64,000 nucleotides of DNA from Paraspadella gotoi (GCA_051294375.1 CM119263.1:23710762-23774761), one strand, 5' to 3'; numbered from the stretch's first letter, positions 22,718 to 41,912 are shown. Notes: generated by a model from the letters alone, not told the origin. Numbers and translations are program-made.

Positions 22718-23619
22718 CGATCGGGGATTTCGACGAAAGAGTTTTGTTCAAGGAAAAGTCTTGATGAAACGGAACACGCAATGAACAAAAGAACATTATG
22801 CTAACAACAAATAAAAAACTTATTTCTTTTTTTCAATCAATTAACAAATCAATAAAAGACTCATTCAGCATCCAAGCATTAATTCATGAAATTAATCATT
22901 CGATGAGCAATTCAGTTCTTATGATGAAAGAGAAAGAAAATAAAGTCATTGTATGGACTCTCAGGATATTAAGGAAGCAATAATATTTTCTCCCTCCCAG
23001 TCGATTTTATCTTAGCCCATAAAGAAGGCAATTTTTCTTTGCTCCTAATCGGTTGAATAATGAGGGAAAACATTACCAAAACAGACACCCTAAAAACCAA
23101 AACACAGAAAACTTGGCCGTCTCGAGAACAAGATTCATCATCAACTTCTCCATCCAGCAGGGATTCACAGTTAACTAGGCCCATCTCTCCCCCGCCCCCC
23201 TTCCGCGCGCTGATTAGCCATGGATCGATCTCACTACTCAACTTCGTTCTTGCTTCTACCACATGGTTTCGCCGGCGATAACAGGGATCGAAAAGAGGAG
23301 AGAGAAAAACCGTCTCGCTTAATTGTTAAATCGGGCGTTACAGGTTCACGATCCAAACTCTCGAGTTGCGTAAAATGCCAGTGAATTTCGAATTTAGCTT
23401 TTTTTTTTCGCAAATGACTACGAGTCCTAGCTTTCATTTTGTTTTCGCAACATTTTTGTTTTTGTTTTTTTAATTGTGTTGTTTTTTTTTTTAAATCGAG
23501 ATTTGATCTCTCTTTTTTTTTTCTAGTTTTCGCGACGAGTGCTTCAAGATTTTTTTTTTTGCGCCGCCGCGAATTTTTGAATAGTAGGATTAAATTATCT
23601 TTCGTATTTAAAAAAAAAA

Positions 23620-26600
23620 ATGGCGTTGGTGGAAAAGTTCGATACAACCGACGGAAAAGGTCGCGGGCTGCGAAGCACGCAAGCGGTGAGTTTTCGTTTC
23701 ACTCAAGTAACAAGAAGTAGAGACAAACAATCCGAAAATTCTTTAATAGAGAATTTATGAGGCATGAATTGGTCGAATAAAAATTATTATTTCTCAGGGG
23801 TCCGTTTTGTTTTTACTTACTGTCAATTACTTGTCATCGTACTCCGTCCGTTTAGGCTTCGCACGGTCAACTATTGATGTCTGCCATTCCGTTTGCCTTC
23901 GTTCTGGATATGAAAAACGTTCAGGCTTCTTGCCACGCTTGTCTGCAATCCCAAGACCCCTCCCAACTCAAAACGTGCGCAAAGTGTAAATTCGCCAAGT
24001 ATTGCAACGCTAACTGTCAAAAGGTAATAATGTACTTACAGTAGAATAAACTTTCGAAAAAGATTATCGTGGGTTAGACTGTTTATTGTGTAAGGGTATG
24101 TTTGATATGTTTGATATCTCATTGTAATCATAAGTTCCTCCTTCTAGAACGCATGGAACGACCATAAAATGGAGTGCGGGGCTTTGACGAAGATTTTACC
24201 AAAAGTTCCCTCGGAAGATGTGAGGCTCGCGGCCAGGATGCTTTTCAAGCAGTACCAAAAGATGAAGGACGGTGCCGAGAGAGACGAGTCTGAAGAATTT
24301 CTCAAAATGGCTGAGTTGGAGTCGCACGAGAGTCGAAAGATGTCGCCAGTTGAAGCCAAGGATTTGGAAAACAAAATGAAAACGCTGAAAGGGTAAAACT
24401 AGGCGAAAATCTTTCTTTAAAAAAAAATTTGGCCTTTTTTATAATACTAGAGATTTTCGTTCAAATCTGACTACCAACTTTACAAACGAGCCTGCAATTA
24501 TTTCAGGTGGAAAACAGGGATGTTTACTGAAAGGAGCCGGAAGACGTTCAACTTATTCACTTTGATGTTATTTTTCAATAATAAAATAGGCAATTTTTAA
24601 AATTATTTTACTCTCACAGGCTTCACAAGACATTACATTTTCATAATATCCCAATGTTAATATAATTTATTAGATTTCTTTACCCAGAAATTATAAAAGA
24701 ATAGAAAGTTATGGATTTCTTTGGTTCGTTAAGGAAAAAAAAATTATAAGTTTGAAAGAGGAGGTCAGAATCGGCGAAAATCTTATATCTTACATTATAC
24801 ACTGCGGCGCAAAAAAAAAAGACACTAAGTAGCTTTAAATACACCACTATTTCTTTTTTTAATTTTGAGAAAATATATATGAAAAGTGTAGCTCTTTTAA
24901 AGAGCTTTTGATTGGTGCAAGAAAAATTGTTGTACCAATTTCATAAGGAGAACACGTTTAAAAAAAGGGGTGGAATTTTGATAGGTTTCTTAAGATTTCT
25001 CAACAACGATTTAAAGTGAAACTTGAGAATTATAATATTCACATCATTCCTCATTTAACGATATAAAAGTATATGAAAAAAACCGCTGACTTCTTTCGGA
25101 ATAATTTTATTCATGTAAAACGAATGAAAAAAGGAGGAATGAAGAAAGCGAAAAATACAAAAAGGGAGGATGAAGAGAAAGAATAAAAAGAAATGATATA
25201 AATATTTCTTGTTGCCTTTAACCCTATCGGAAAAGAAGAAAGACGGGAGAAAAGTAACGAATTTAAGAGGGCTCAGCTGAATAGCGATGTAATCGAGTTA
25301 TTCGAGGCGATGAGCGAATCAGTTAGTCTCTCTTCAGGTTCCTCACAAACACGAAACTGATTTCCAAAAAGAAAACCGTCTCCGACGATGAAATCAAAAA
25401 GATCTTTTCCCAAATCAAATCCAACGCCTTCATGCTTTCCGACAGAAGCGGCCTCCAGGTCATCTCGAGAGATAGAGACGTGATAAGAAAGTTTTATTTC
25501 GTCGAAACACGACGAAGCATAATTCTTTTTTTTTGGTGTCAGGTTATCGGAACAGGCATTTATCCCAGCATCGCTCTTCTCAATCACAGTTGCATTCCCA
25601 ACTGTTGCGCCGTCCAAAACTTAAACAAGGTGAACTACTAGTACTACATTCCTTTTTCGTAATTAGATACAAGCTTACCACAACAATAACAACGACAGGT
25701 CGAATTGCGAGGGATTCGCGACATTGCTGCGGAAGAGGAGCTGCTCATTTCTTACGTTGATCCCATTTCTACTTCAATTGAACGAAAGACGGAATTAAGA
25801 GAAAAATACAATTTTACTTGCAGGTTCGTCCAATACATTTATCTTTCGGCAATCGTGGCTTTTTATATCTCGAACAATGTTTTGCTTTTTATTATCTTTT
25901 TCTTTTTATCGGTTGCGCTCAGATGTTCGGATTGCTTCGAACGGAAAAACGATTCTCTCTACATAGCAAAGTTCGATCACGTTTCCATGGATGAAGCCAA
26001 TAAATGGGCGGAAAAATCCGAAGACCTCATGGACAAAATCTATAAAGCGAAGGTATTAAAAATGCTGCAGATCCATTGCAGGTTAAAAAATAATTTAATA
26101 TTTAAACACGTTTCAGGAAACTTACAACTTTGTTGCGATGCATCAATTGTCAACCACGGCGCTAAGCCAATTAGAAAAAGTCTTTCCGGACACAAACCTG
26201 CACGTGTTGAGGCTGCTGCAGCCGCTCGTCGACGTTGCCTGCGGAATGCAAGACTTCGCGCTAGCGGAGAAATGCGGAAAAAGAATCGCCAAAGTGTTCG
26301 AGACGCTTTTACCAAAGTTTCACCCTCTCAAGGGACTCCAGGTCGTTACTGACGAAGCTTTAGTTAATTTTTTTAAAACAATTTGATATTAGGGAAGTCT
26401 CGCTTAAAATTTAAGTTAAATTGAATTTTTAAACCCCAGTTAATGCGACTGGGCGTGGTTCAGTGGCATTTGATGAAACTCGACGAAGCCATAAGCTCCT
26501 TCAACGCGGCGGAGGGTCACCTCGCTCTTACTCACGGAATGGATCACCCGACGGTGTTCGATCTGGTCAACCTTCGCAAGCAGTGCGACATGGAGAAGCA

Positions 26601-26787
26601 AATACCGAAAGAGCAACTTTCTCAGGTATTAATTATTAATTATTCGCAATATTCAGGAATATAATTTTTATTCAGTTTTTAAAAAAAGTTATAATATTAA
26701 ATTTATCGTTTTCCTCATGAAAAGGTCAGAGAACAAGCCGGTTTTGGAGCCGAAACACCGCAACAGATTCAGCAGAGATTCGCTTGA
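23620..26787 (+). CDS. SMYD-family SET and MYND domain lysine methyltransferase (SMYD3-like)
   Basis: MALVEKFDTTDGKGRGLRS (split-SET start), MYND finger CHACLQ...CAKCKFAKYCNANCQKNAWNDHKMEC, SET motifs GIYPSIALLNHSCIPNC and EEELLISYVD, post-SET YNFTCRCSDC, C-terminal TPR-like LALTHGMDHP; stop TGA at 26785-26787. Confidence 0.92.
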
Positions 26788-27041
26788 GAAAATTCGCAAA
26801 TTACATCTAATTTAATTTTTGTTAATTGTTGTAGTGAAAGTTTATTTGAAATAGAAATTCTCAAAAAAGTACTATATTAGAATATCGTATATTTCACGAT
26901 TTTAGGATAAAAAATAGCAGCGCGATCTAAAAAGGAAATAAATAAATATAGAAATATTATAGAAAAATAACGGTTGACGACACAAAATAAGATCGCCACA
27001 AAAAGTGACGACTTCAAATAAAAACAAAAAAATGTTTCGGT

Positions 27042-32049
<5,008 letters not shown>

Positions 32050-32297
32050 TGTTCAGAATACGAATTTTACTTGTGTTTACTACATAGTATTCGTTGATTG
32101 ATCATTCTAAGGTATAAACGTAAAAAAATGTTGTTTTAAAATTAAATAAGGGGATCAGCGACGCTTACAAAATTGGGAGGGGGAAAAATATTCACATGAT
32201 TTCTTTTTCGCAACAGAACGGCGGTCTCATCGGCCTTTATCATCCGCGGCTTAGGAACGCCACCCTGAAAAAAGCGTCTCTAAGACTAAGAAAGAAA

Positions 32298-33008
32298 CTA
32301 CTCGTCGTTGTTGCCGCCTTCTCCGTCGGCGGTCTCCGTCTCCTCAGGCGGCGTGAGGTTGGTCACTTCTCCCGCCTTCCACTTGGGGATGACGATGATC
32401 TGCACCTCCTCGTCCTCGTTGTGCTCGTTCTTTTCCTGCTCGATGGCGATGTACTCTCCGTGTTGCTCGCACCCGATGTCAAAGACGTACTTGCCCTTTC
32501 CCGAAGGGATGTCGCCCTTGAAGGCCCCAATGAATTTGTGGTTTGCGTGGATGAGCTCACCGGGTCCCTCCCGGCGTCCCTGGACCCAGGTTCCAAGATA
32601 CTTGGTGCCCGTGTCCGCGTAGGTGTAGGTCCCTTGTCCGTGACGCAGATTCTCCTTCCACTCACCCTCGTAGGTGTCGCCGTTGACGTAAGAGTACTTG
32701 CCAGTGCCGTTTCGCAGGTCCTCGGCCCAAGAACCCTCGTACTTTGAGCCGTCCGGGTAGATGAAAGTTCCTTGACCGTGCTTCTTGTTCATCACGTACT
32801 CGCCGATATAACGAGCTCCGTTTTTAAATTTGTAAGTGCCGTGCCCGTTGCGCTTGCCGTTTTCGTAGTAGCCCTCGTATTTGTCACCGTTCGGGAGGGT
32901 TGCTTTGCCGTAACCGTGACGCTCCTCGCGTTCGTTACGCTCTCCCTCGTACTCTCCCAAGTACGGACCGGTGTCCTCTTCCTCGTAATCTGACCCGATG
33001 TCCGACAT
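32298..33008 (-). CDS. RSPH1: Radial spoke head protein RSPH1 (meichroacidin), 236 aa, single-exon CDS
   Basis: [46 protein letters not shown]...[33 protein letters not shown]...[15 protein letters not shown] closely matches RSPH1. Confidence 0.95.
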   Translation of the reverse strand: MSDIGSDYEEEDTGPYLGEYEGERNEREERHGYGKATLPNGDKYEGYYENGKRNGHGTYKFKNGARYIGEYVMNKKHGQGTFIYPDGSKYEGSWAEDLRNGTGKYSYVNGDTYEGEWKENLRHGQGTYTYADTGTKYLGTWVQGRREGPGELIHANHKFIGAFKGDIPSGKGKYVFDIGCEQHGEYIAIEQEKNEHNEDEEVQIIVIPKWKAGEVTNLTPPEETETADGEGGNNDE

Positions 33009-33189
33009 GGCACTTTATTAATTGTTCTGATTGTAACTTCGTTTAAAACTAAATGAAGGTCGGCAAAAAATTGATAAATTGTTGTTAACCGAACATATAA
33101 ACCGAATATAACTGTGGTTTATTGCATTAAAATTAATAAAAGAAAACAAATTTTTATCAGTATTTCTTGCAAACCCCGTGTTGTTCGCC

Positions 33190-33202
33190 GTTTCTAAGCA
33201 AC
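33190..33202. promoter_or_regulatory. Candidate RFX X-box upstream of RSPH1
   Basis: GTTTCTAAGCAAC ~180 bp upstream of the ATG. Forkhead-like TAAACAA at ~33291 and a GTTGCCTAG half-site at ~33330 lie nearby. Confidence 0.6.
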
Positions 33203-34134
33203 CAGTTCTTAGCGAAGCGGAGAAGACAAAAGGCAAACGTTTTTCTTTACTCCGACAATGAAAATTTCTTTCTAAGTTTTATTTACTGAATAAACAACGG
33301 GGAGCAATATCGAATATATCACGTTATAAGTTGCCTAGTAGTTTTATAGTCGCGATAAAAAATGAATAGAAGAATTTTTAATTCTTTTCATTCTTTTTAT
33401 ATAAAAGTAATAATAGTAGTAATTACGTAGGTTTAATCATGATAAATTCCTCTCGAAAGTTTTTAAATCAACCTGTGCTTAATATAAGCGATATTATTTA
33501 TAAATTACTTAATAACCAGTTTTTTAGCGAGAAATAGGAAAAGGTGGATTAGTTATGACAGACATGACAAATTATATGTCTCGCTCTCCATCGTTCTTGC
33601 CCCTTGATCCTTCGACGAGACAGTTTCCAGCAGTTGTTTTATTTTCTCTTAACATCTTCATATAATGCTTTTCCGATAAGATTGTCGCTTCGTTTTTACG
33701 TGGAATAATAGAATAATGAATAGAATTTTTGAATAATTTGTTTTTGCTCGATCACCGGAGTTTTCTTTTCAATACTACAATAGAACAACATCGAAGATCT
33801 TGAAGAAATAGAGAGGCGGACTCACGTCTCAGTTAGTTATAAAATACAGACATCGACGAAAAAACATTTTTACGATCGGAACAAGGTGAGGGAAAACAAG
33901 GTTACGGTCTTCATCTTATTTTAGAACTACGTTTTCTTGTTTTTCTATCAATTGCCTCTCCTTAAAAAAAACCTCCCAGGTTAAGAAATAAGAAAAAGAA
34001 AAAAGAAACCGCAAACTTTACACGTAACAAAGAAGTAGATGGCATCGACTTCGTTTTACTTAACCGCCTTTTAAACGTAAACATTTAATCTTTGATAGGA
34101 GTTGCAAAATAAACTTTTTAAAACACGCTCGAAA

Positions 34135-36599
34135 ATGAAGTGTCGCCTATTTAAAAGCGTTCAGGTGATTATTTTCCCTTGTAATTTTCGGAAAAAAAAA
34201 TAAGGATACAATTTCACATATTTTTGGGGTTATTCCGTTTTAGTTTTTCTTGTTTTGCTTGGCCTGCGTCCAGCTGGGTCAGTTTTTAACGGGATCATAT
34301 TTGAGATCATGCATTTCTACACTCGAACGACTCTACGGCTTCAATTCAAAACTAAGTGGTGAATATTCTATTTTGAAGAAATAAGACAAGACGTCTGTTT
34401 CACTTTTACTAGCTGATTCGGGTGAATTAACCTAGATTTACTTTTCGAACGACTTCCTTCACCAAACACCATTCCTTAAGGGTTGCTCGTTTCTGCAACG
34501 GACGTTGGGACTCTTTGCGTCATCCTCTTTGTCTCTTATTTGGGTCGTCGCGTTCATCGTCCACGAACCATCGCTGTTGGTTAGCAATCGTTATTACGTA
34601 TTTTTCTATTAATACGGTCTTTATTTGAATTTGAAATTTGGTGGGTATCCCTATAAATTGAAGCAATAAAATTTGAGTACTGCAGACCTGATTTCAACTT
34701 ATCCTTACTGTGAAGATTAAACTCTCAACCCCTGATTGTTCACTTCAAGAAGATAACCCTAGACATCGTACTATTGTTAGGGCCCATCTTTGTCAATGGG
34801 GTGGGTCAGAAGTTTGATTTGGGAACCTTCCCAAATGAAACTTTTTTACAATTATGATAAAAAATTTCAATGGACCAAAATTTTCTAAAATGGTTAGAAT
34901 TACTAGTAATTATTTTTTTAATATTTATATATAAAATTTTTTTAAAAAAATTTATATTTTTAAAAACAGAAACAGTTAGCTTTTAAAAAGTTTTCTCCAC
35001 AAAGTATAATTAATTTTTCAATATTTTGATGATAAGTGGGTCAAAATTTGAAAAAACCTTAAAAAAATCTTCATCATCATCCGATAATAATAGTAGTTTT
35101 TGTTAATTTTCAGTAATAAAACATTAAAATTTTAAAAAGTTGTAATTAAATTTTTTATTTAACTTTTTGAGCTCTATCAGAATCAATTAACAATTTTTTT
35201 AAAATTATATATATATAGAGAGAGATTGATTTTGCGTCGGTGACTTGATCAGTTGCCACAATATCATAATTTTAAGTAGCGAATTACTCATTATTCGGAA
35301 CATTTTTTCAAACAAATATTTTAACACAATAACTATTTAGGGAGAAAAACAATTTGTATTTGTTTTGCTTCAACGAATTTTATTTGAAAATAGTTTGTTG
35401 GTCGGACATGTTTCGACTCTACAGTTAGAGTCTTCATCAGCATTTTGACAATCAATAATTTTTTTTTTTGAAAGTCTATACACAACACAATAACTAATAT
35501 TTAATGCTGTTCCCATTAAAATTTGAATTTGGTCGGCTACCGCTACTTTTGTCCCATTCTATTCCATTCTTTCAGCGACGTTGATAATGGCCGCTGCCGT
35601 ATCTTTATTTGGCGCTATCTACTTCGTGGCGGCACCTCCATCTGAGGCCGTCAAGTACGCCAATGAACGGAGCAGCGGTCACGCGGCCCAAGTAGACAAC
35701 AAGACCAAACTGTGTCTTGCGGTAATCGGGAGAAAGTTTACGGGCGATTTACAGTTTATATAACATACTGAATTTAATATTATCTAGACGATCGAGGTCA
35801 ATCACACCGCGATGGGCATTCGAAGTAAGGGATCGAACGAGAGCGGCTACTTGATTTACGGCCTCATGTATGCGGCTTTGGTCATTTTCGGTGAGGTTCT
35901 TTCAGCTTCGTCCTCGCCCCTCCTCCCAAAAAAGATACCATTTTGTGCAGTAATCTCGTTTTTCTCCGCTAGGGGTTGGAATCGCACCCGTGAATCCTCT
36001 CGGAGTTTCATATCTTGACGACGCGGCGGATCCGAACAGAGCGCCTCTATACGTCGGTGAGAAAAAAAAAACAACGGATATATAAACATCACTGACGAAA
36101 TTTATTTTCTATTGCTTTTGTTTTTATTTAAAGCCGTTCTGTTCGCACTTTCTATCGTGGGGCCCGCCTTCGGTCACCTAATCGCTGCCAAAACGCTTAC
36201 CATCACGACAGAGACTCGAGGTAGACAGTCGGCTAACAAAGGCTAAGGGGATATTTATAATTTTTATTTATTTATTTATAAATACCCTACAGGTCCGATG
36301 TGGAACATCGGGTTCTTCATTGGTGGCGCACTCATGGTTATAGCGCAAATTTCTCTTTGGTTCTTTCCGAAAGTCATGCCGCAACAGAAGATGGTCAAGG
36401 AAAAGGTTCATTTTTCTAAAAATACCTTGCTTTCGTTCTTTCTTTTAATATCTTTGTTTCTTTCTTTCTTTCTTTTTTATTTCCTTCTTTCTTTCCATCT
36501 TTCTTTTTTCTTTTTTTCTTTCTTTCATTTTTTCTTTCTTGCTTCCTTTTTTTCATTTTTTCTTTCTTTCTTCCTTTCTTTCTTTCTTCATCCTTTCCC

Positions 36600-36675
<76 letters not shown>

Positions 36676-36736
36676 TTTTATTTCTATCCTTCTTTCTTTT
36701 TTCTTTTTTCTTTCTTTCCATCTGTCTTTATTTCTG

Positions 36737-36809
<73 letters not shown>

Positions 36810-39551
36810 ATAGGCTCTCCTCGAAAGAGAGATGAAGCAACTCCAGCGTGGTCGCAGCAACGAAGCTTTCGACGAAATCTCGGAGAAGATGCCTAACGGC
36901 AATGACAAAGAGCCGATAGAGAGGGAGAGGAAGGAGTTGACGGAAAACGGACCAAGGACACAAAAGAAAGATGATGAGAATAAAGACGAAGGCGAGAATT
37001 TGGAGGAAAATCTGAGGAAGATGAGTTTTGTTGGATATCTCAAAGGTAAATAAAAAATATGGAAATAACTTTGGTTTTGCATTGACAATCTGTAATCTGA
37101 AATCTTTACTCAATAAAAATTATTATAGATATATAGTTGATCCCTTAATTTTCATTCAAATTCAAAGAAACAAATGACTAAACGTCATAAAGAGACGAGA
37201 AATCCCAAGGCCTGACTTCATTTTCAGGATTCTTCTCTGCTGCGAAAGACATCATCAAAGAGCCTATCTGGTGCTTAATGACTCTCATGACAGTAATTGT
37301 GAGTAAGGAATGGCGATCTGATATTGCATTCTTGCAATGTAGCACCTCTTTTTGAGATTTAAGAATGAAGATCTATTTTGTGGGGTTTTTTTTACAGATT
37401 ACCGCCATGATAAGTGGCATTATCTCGTTTCAAGCAAAGTACATTGAAGTTCAATTCGGAACCTCCGCCGGAGAAGCTAATCTGTTGTTAGGTGACAGAC
37501 GCTGAAACCATAATCTAGTATCGATTAAGTAATATTCTTGTGGATAATCTGGTATCGCTTTACCTTAAGGCGCCATAAACATTCCAGTGGGCATTGTGGG
37601 AATAGTGGCCGGAGGTTACATCATGAAAAAACGTGCTTACACTTTAGCTCAGGTAAGTCGACAACCAATTGTAAAAAATTACAACAATTTTCGCTAAAAT
37701 TAATGTAATTGAGCTTTTTTAGATTAAGGTACGACTAGAGTAGAATTAAAAAGATAAAATTATTATTACATGCTTACAAATGAGCACCTCTAAATGTACA
37801 AGATATATATGCTTACAAATTTCGCGATGATGTTAGCTAAAATTATAAATCACCAATGCCTGTCCAAAGTCAGGGGCAAGATAGCTTATTTATTAAATGA
37901 ATGGATAATTTTTATATTGGTTGTACCAATTTCATAAAATTCAGCTCCTTGTATTTTGATTCTGGGCGGAGTACAATATAGTATTCCCCGATCTAATACT
38001 TAAGGGAGTGGTCTTTTCATACAATTGAAACATTCTTTGAAACATCACACCACTTCATTGATAGGGAAGCCAGGTACTTTGGGAGTGAATTTATAAACGA
38101 GACTGTGAGAAAGTCTTGATTGAAAGCTTGCAGGGACCTGCTATGTCATTATCTTGTAAGAGTGATGGAGACCTTAAACCACCAATGCCTGTCCAAAGTC
38201 AGGGGCAAGATAGCTTATTTATTAAATGAAGGGATAATTTTTATATTGGTTGTACCAATTTCATACCAAACTCTTTCACCACTAGGCTAGTCTTCATTGC
38301 TTATTTTTCTTTTCAATATCGACGGCCATGTCGAGCGTTCTTCTTTTCCTTGGGTGTCCCACAAGACCGATAGTCGGCGTCACCGAGCATCCGTTCATCA
38401 GGTTTTAATTTTAAAAGAAAAGCGTTTTTAAAGCTTTCACCGGAAGAAAGATACCCTAACTTTGTTATTACATAATTACGTAGATAAGATTTTAAATTTA
38501 TTCATACCCGTCGTGTTTTTTTTCTTTTTTCTCCAATTTTCGTTCCGGACTTCGCAATCCGCAGTTCCAACGAGTTGGTATCGACTTGCAATCGTCATTG
38601 CGGATGCAGTTTAGAGGATTATTCTCCGATTTGCGCCGACGACGGGCTTGAGTTCGCTTCCCCTTGTCACGCGGACTGCAAACGATTTGTAACTTATATC
38701 TAATTAATTAGTAACTTTCTTTTACTTCATGTTTAGCTAAAAACTTTTTTTTTTTTTTTGCAATCGAGGCAGAACGCGACTTCCAACTATTTCGACGAAT
38801 GTGGCTGCATCGTTGCTTCTCGCGCTCGAAACGGAAAGTGCGACCATTTGTGCTCATCGCACGTCAATTACTTCATTGCGGCTGACAGGTTTTCCCTTTT
38901 TTTTTACCTCTTTTCCGGAAACTAAAAAAACATTATTATCGGATTATCTTATGTTACATTAATTGCTTTATCTTCAGCTTAGTTTTTATGTTGTCCGGCT
39001 TCGTGCACGCACCGGGGTACATAATCTTTCTTCGCTCGGTTAAGCCTACGCACAAGTCGTTGGCCATCGGATTGCAGTATTTATTCATCAGGGCGCTCGG
39101 TGAATTTTACATCTTGTACATAAATTTTTGTCTCAAACGAAAATTAAAATCAATCCCTAATTAGGGAAATTTCCGTCCCCCATCTACTTTGGCGCTGTGG
39201 TCGATTCCGCGTGCTTGCTGTGGAGCAAGGGTGGCACAATCACTGGCGCTGGAGCAGGAAAAAAAGGTTCTTGTCTTACATACGATTCCTACGCATTGAG
39301 AATCAGGTGTGTCTTTTGTTTATTGATGTCTTACTTTTAGTGCACAGAGCGACATCTGAGCTAAACACTTTTATACGCAGTCTAAATTAAAGATTCTGAA
39401 ATTGACGATTAGGTTTTGGGGCTTGTCCCTGATAATTCAAGTCTGCATTATCCTAATTTTTGCGGTGGTTGCAGTTATACTTTGGCGCCGAGAAAAAAAT
39501 GAACGAGAAGAAGAAAATACATCGTCCTGTGTTGAGAAGACTGATTTATGA
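34135..39551 (+). CDS. Organic anion transporting polypeptide (SLCO/OATP family), many small exons
   Basis: SYLRSCISTLERLYGFNSK, LFVSYLGRRVHRPR, GVSYLDDAA, VGPAFG, WNIGF, AKYIEVQFG, Kazal-like CNRHCGCSLEDYSPICADDGLEFASPCHAGC, LRSVKPTHKSLAIGLQ, PSPIYFGAVVDSACLLW; ends CVEKTDL* at 39551. Confidence 0.92.
36430..36808 (+). repeat. (TTTC)n low-complexity tract in an SLCO intron
   Basis: Long imperfect TTTC tetranucleotide repeat; source of spurious FLSF/RKKE ORFs. Confidence 0.95.
37850..38265 (+). repeat. Dispersed repeat copy 2, preceded by a direct duplication of its own 3' end
   Basis: caccaatgcctgtccaaagtcaggggcaagatagcttatttattaaatgaa...ttgtaccaatttcata occurs at ~37851-37935 and again at ~38180-38265, with the element body in between. 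Confidence 0.85.
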
Positions 39552-41670
39552 TAATCGGTTTTGATAGATTAAACTGTTGCTCATTTGTTTGTTCTAAAAA
39601 TTCTACAATTTCACAAATTCACATATTCATCCGATTCAGAGTGGATGAGGTTGTAAAGCTCATTTTTTCAGCCAATTTTAATTCGAACAAAAACGCGTTT
39701 TACTGACAATTCCGTTCAGAAAATAACTTTTGGAAATAAATTACTTTGACTTTTTCTACTTATACATTACACAATTAATGATAAATCAAAAGACTTCTTT
39801 TTACAATTTTAAGTAACCAACGTAATTTGTTTTATTCTTTGAATTTGAATTTGAATTTTTTCTGATATTTTAAAATCTATTCATAGTCGTTGAATAATTT
39901 TTACGGGGAAAGAACTAAGTTCAGACTTCCCTTCCCTGTTAACCCCGCTCTTTGCGTTATCTCTCGGCCTAGTTTTTAATGTATTTTTTCATTATTTTTC
40001 CGAATGAAACCAAAGAGCTCCCCAGCTTTTCTCTTTCCAACTTTGTCATGCACCTACCTTCGAAAATCCTCTGAGCCGCGGTTCTCTTCCTGACCGAGAA
40101 ATCCGAATTTTTTCCGCTGCGCCGCCGCGGCCGCTGCCGCCTTCCGCGAAGCCGCCGCCTCTTTCCAATTCGATCGTGCGATATCAAAGCTTCTTTTAAG
40201 CTTTATAAAGGTGTCCAGGGACCAATCTAATTGCCGATTTTGGGTCAATGAAAAAATTAATATTTCTTTTTTCCGTCCGCCCAAGGATGTTGACTTAAGA
40301 TCGAGGGAAGGAGGGTCAGAAAAGGCTAGAAAAGCCTTCAATTTCGAATGAAATGATCTGAAAATTAATTTTGTTTTTCAGATCATAACTTTTCGTTTTC
40401 ATGACGACCTGTCGATGTCCTGATAAAGCTCTAAGTCTAAAAAATCCTTTCGTCTCTGCATTCGTTCAACTGTAGAATACGTATACATTTTGTCGGAATT
40501 TCTAAAAAAAAATTAATTACAAATTATAAATGATAAATTAATGAGTTTAATTGAAAATAAGAAACTAGTGACTTGCAATGATTTCTTTGTTTGGATTTTA
40601 AGTCGTCACACGCATATATTTCTTTAATGATCGAAAGCTTCCAAACTTTATCTTTCGATCCGAGGAAAAATGAACTCTTTTTTTTTTCCGAATCGTATTA
40701 ATTTAAAACTTTGCCAATCAACGAATCCGAGTTGGCCTCAACATCTGAGTTCTCGGTTGCCTGTCAGCAGCTCTTTTCGATGGTAGTTGAGGCTGAAAGC
40801 TCTTCCTCACGCTAACATGTTGAATTCTCTCGGCGATATTTCGGGCTCCTATGCAGTTAAGAATCAGGCAGAAAATTCAACCAAAACAAAATTTTGTTCC
40901 CGTTTTCGTTTAAAGGCCAATACGCATGTAAATAAACATCAGGTAAATAAACAAGCTATTATTCTTCCTTGGTATTTTTTTTTCTAGCGAAAGAAAGTTA
41001 TTTTGATGAACTTAAATGAAAGATTATATCGCGGTAAAGAGTGCTCTCAATGATATTGTATTTATTTACCTATTCGATTAACTTTAAATCATAACAGAAT
41101 ATTTTATTCCATTTTTGTCTTGAAATAAAAACAAAACGACAACAAACGAAAAAAAAAAAGAATTTTAAGCTGTGACTGTGAAAGTATTCATTCCTTTACT
41201 CTTCAGCGTCAATCTTTATGGAACTAACTGCACAACTTGCGTCCCTTACTTCTCATCAAGAGGTAAGGTTTAATTTCGTACGATTATGGAAGAAATTATG
41301 GCATTTTAATTACCCCCTAAAAAAAGGGAAAAAAAACGTATGTCGGCTCTAATCAACGTGATTCAGCGATTTTACATGCCCGGCATGCCCGAACCTGTCG
41401 AACGAGGCCGCCTTCTCGTCATTACTCGTTGCTCGCTCTACCAGTCATTATCTGACTGTCGGAGATAAGCCGTTGAAAAAAAAAAAGTGTTCGTTAATTG
41501 TGCGCCATGCCCTTTTCGAGGTGACGCCGCGATTATTCGGTGAATGACCTCGGTCGCTCTCACCCTTTTCGGTATGTGTGAGAGGTTTACAGAGGGCCAA
41601 CGCGTTCACGGATCTCATGATATTGTACAAAAAGCTTTTTTCATATTTGACGAGAGCAAATCGGCGAGAT

Positions 41671-41734
41671 GTCACTTCGTATCAATAAGCAGCCGTTNNN
41701 NNNNNNNGTCACTTCGTATCAATAAGCAGCCGTT
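41671..41734. other. Assembly gap (10 N) flanked by an identical 27-bp duplication
   Basis: gtcacttcgtatcaataagcagccgtt occurs on both sides of the Ns at 41698-41707. Confidence 0.9.
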
Positions 41735-41812
41735 TAGAAACTAATCCCTCAATATCGAGTTTTATAATCGGCAGCCGACTGTTAAAAAAGTGGGACGTTT
41801 ACTTTACCGTCA

Positions 41813-41912
<100 letters not shown>

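Noticed and set aside
36298-37088. Long FLSF/RKKE-rich ORFs
   Set aside because: These are translations of an intronic (TTTC)n tract; only short SLCO exons here are coding.
41671-41734. Perfect 27-bp direct repeat resembling a CRISPR repeat or TSD
   Set aside because: It flanks the N gap exactly, which indicates an unmerged contig overlap.
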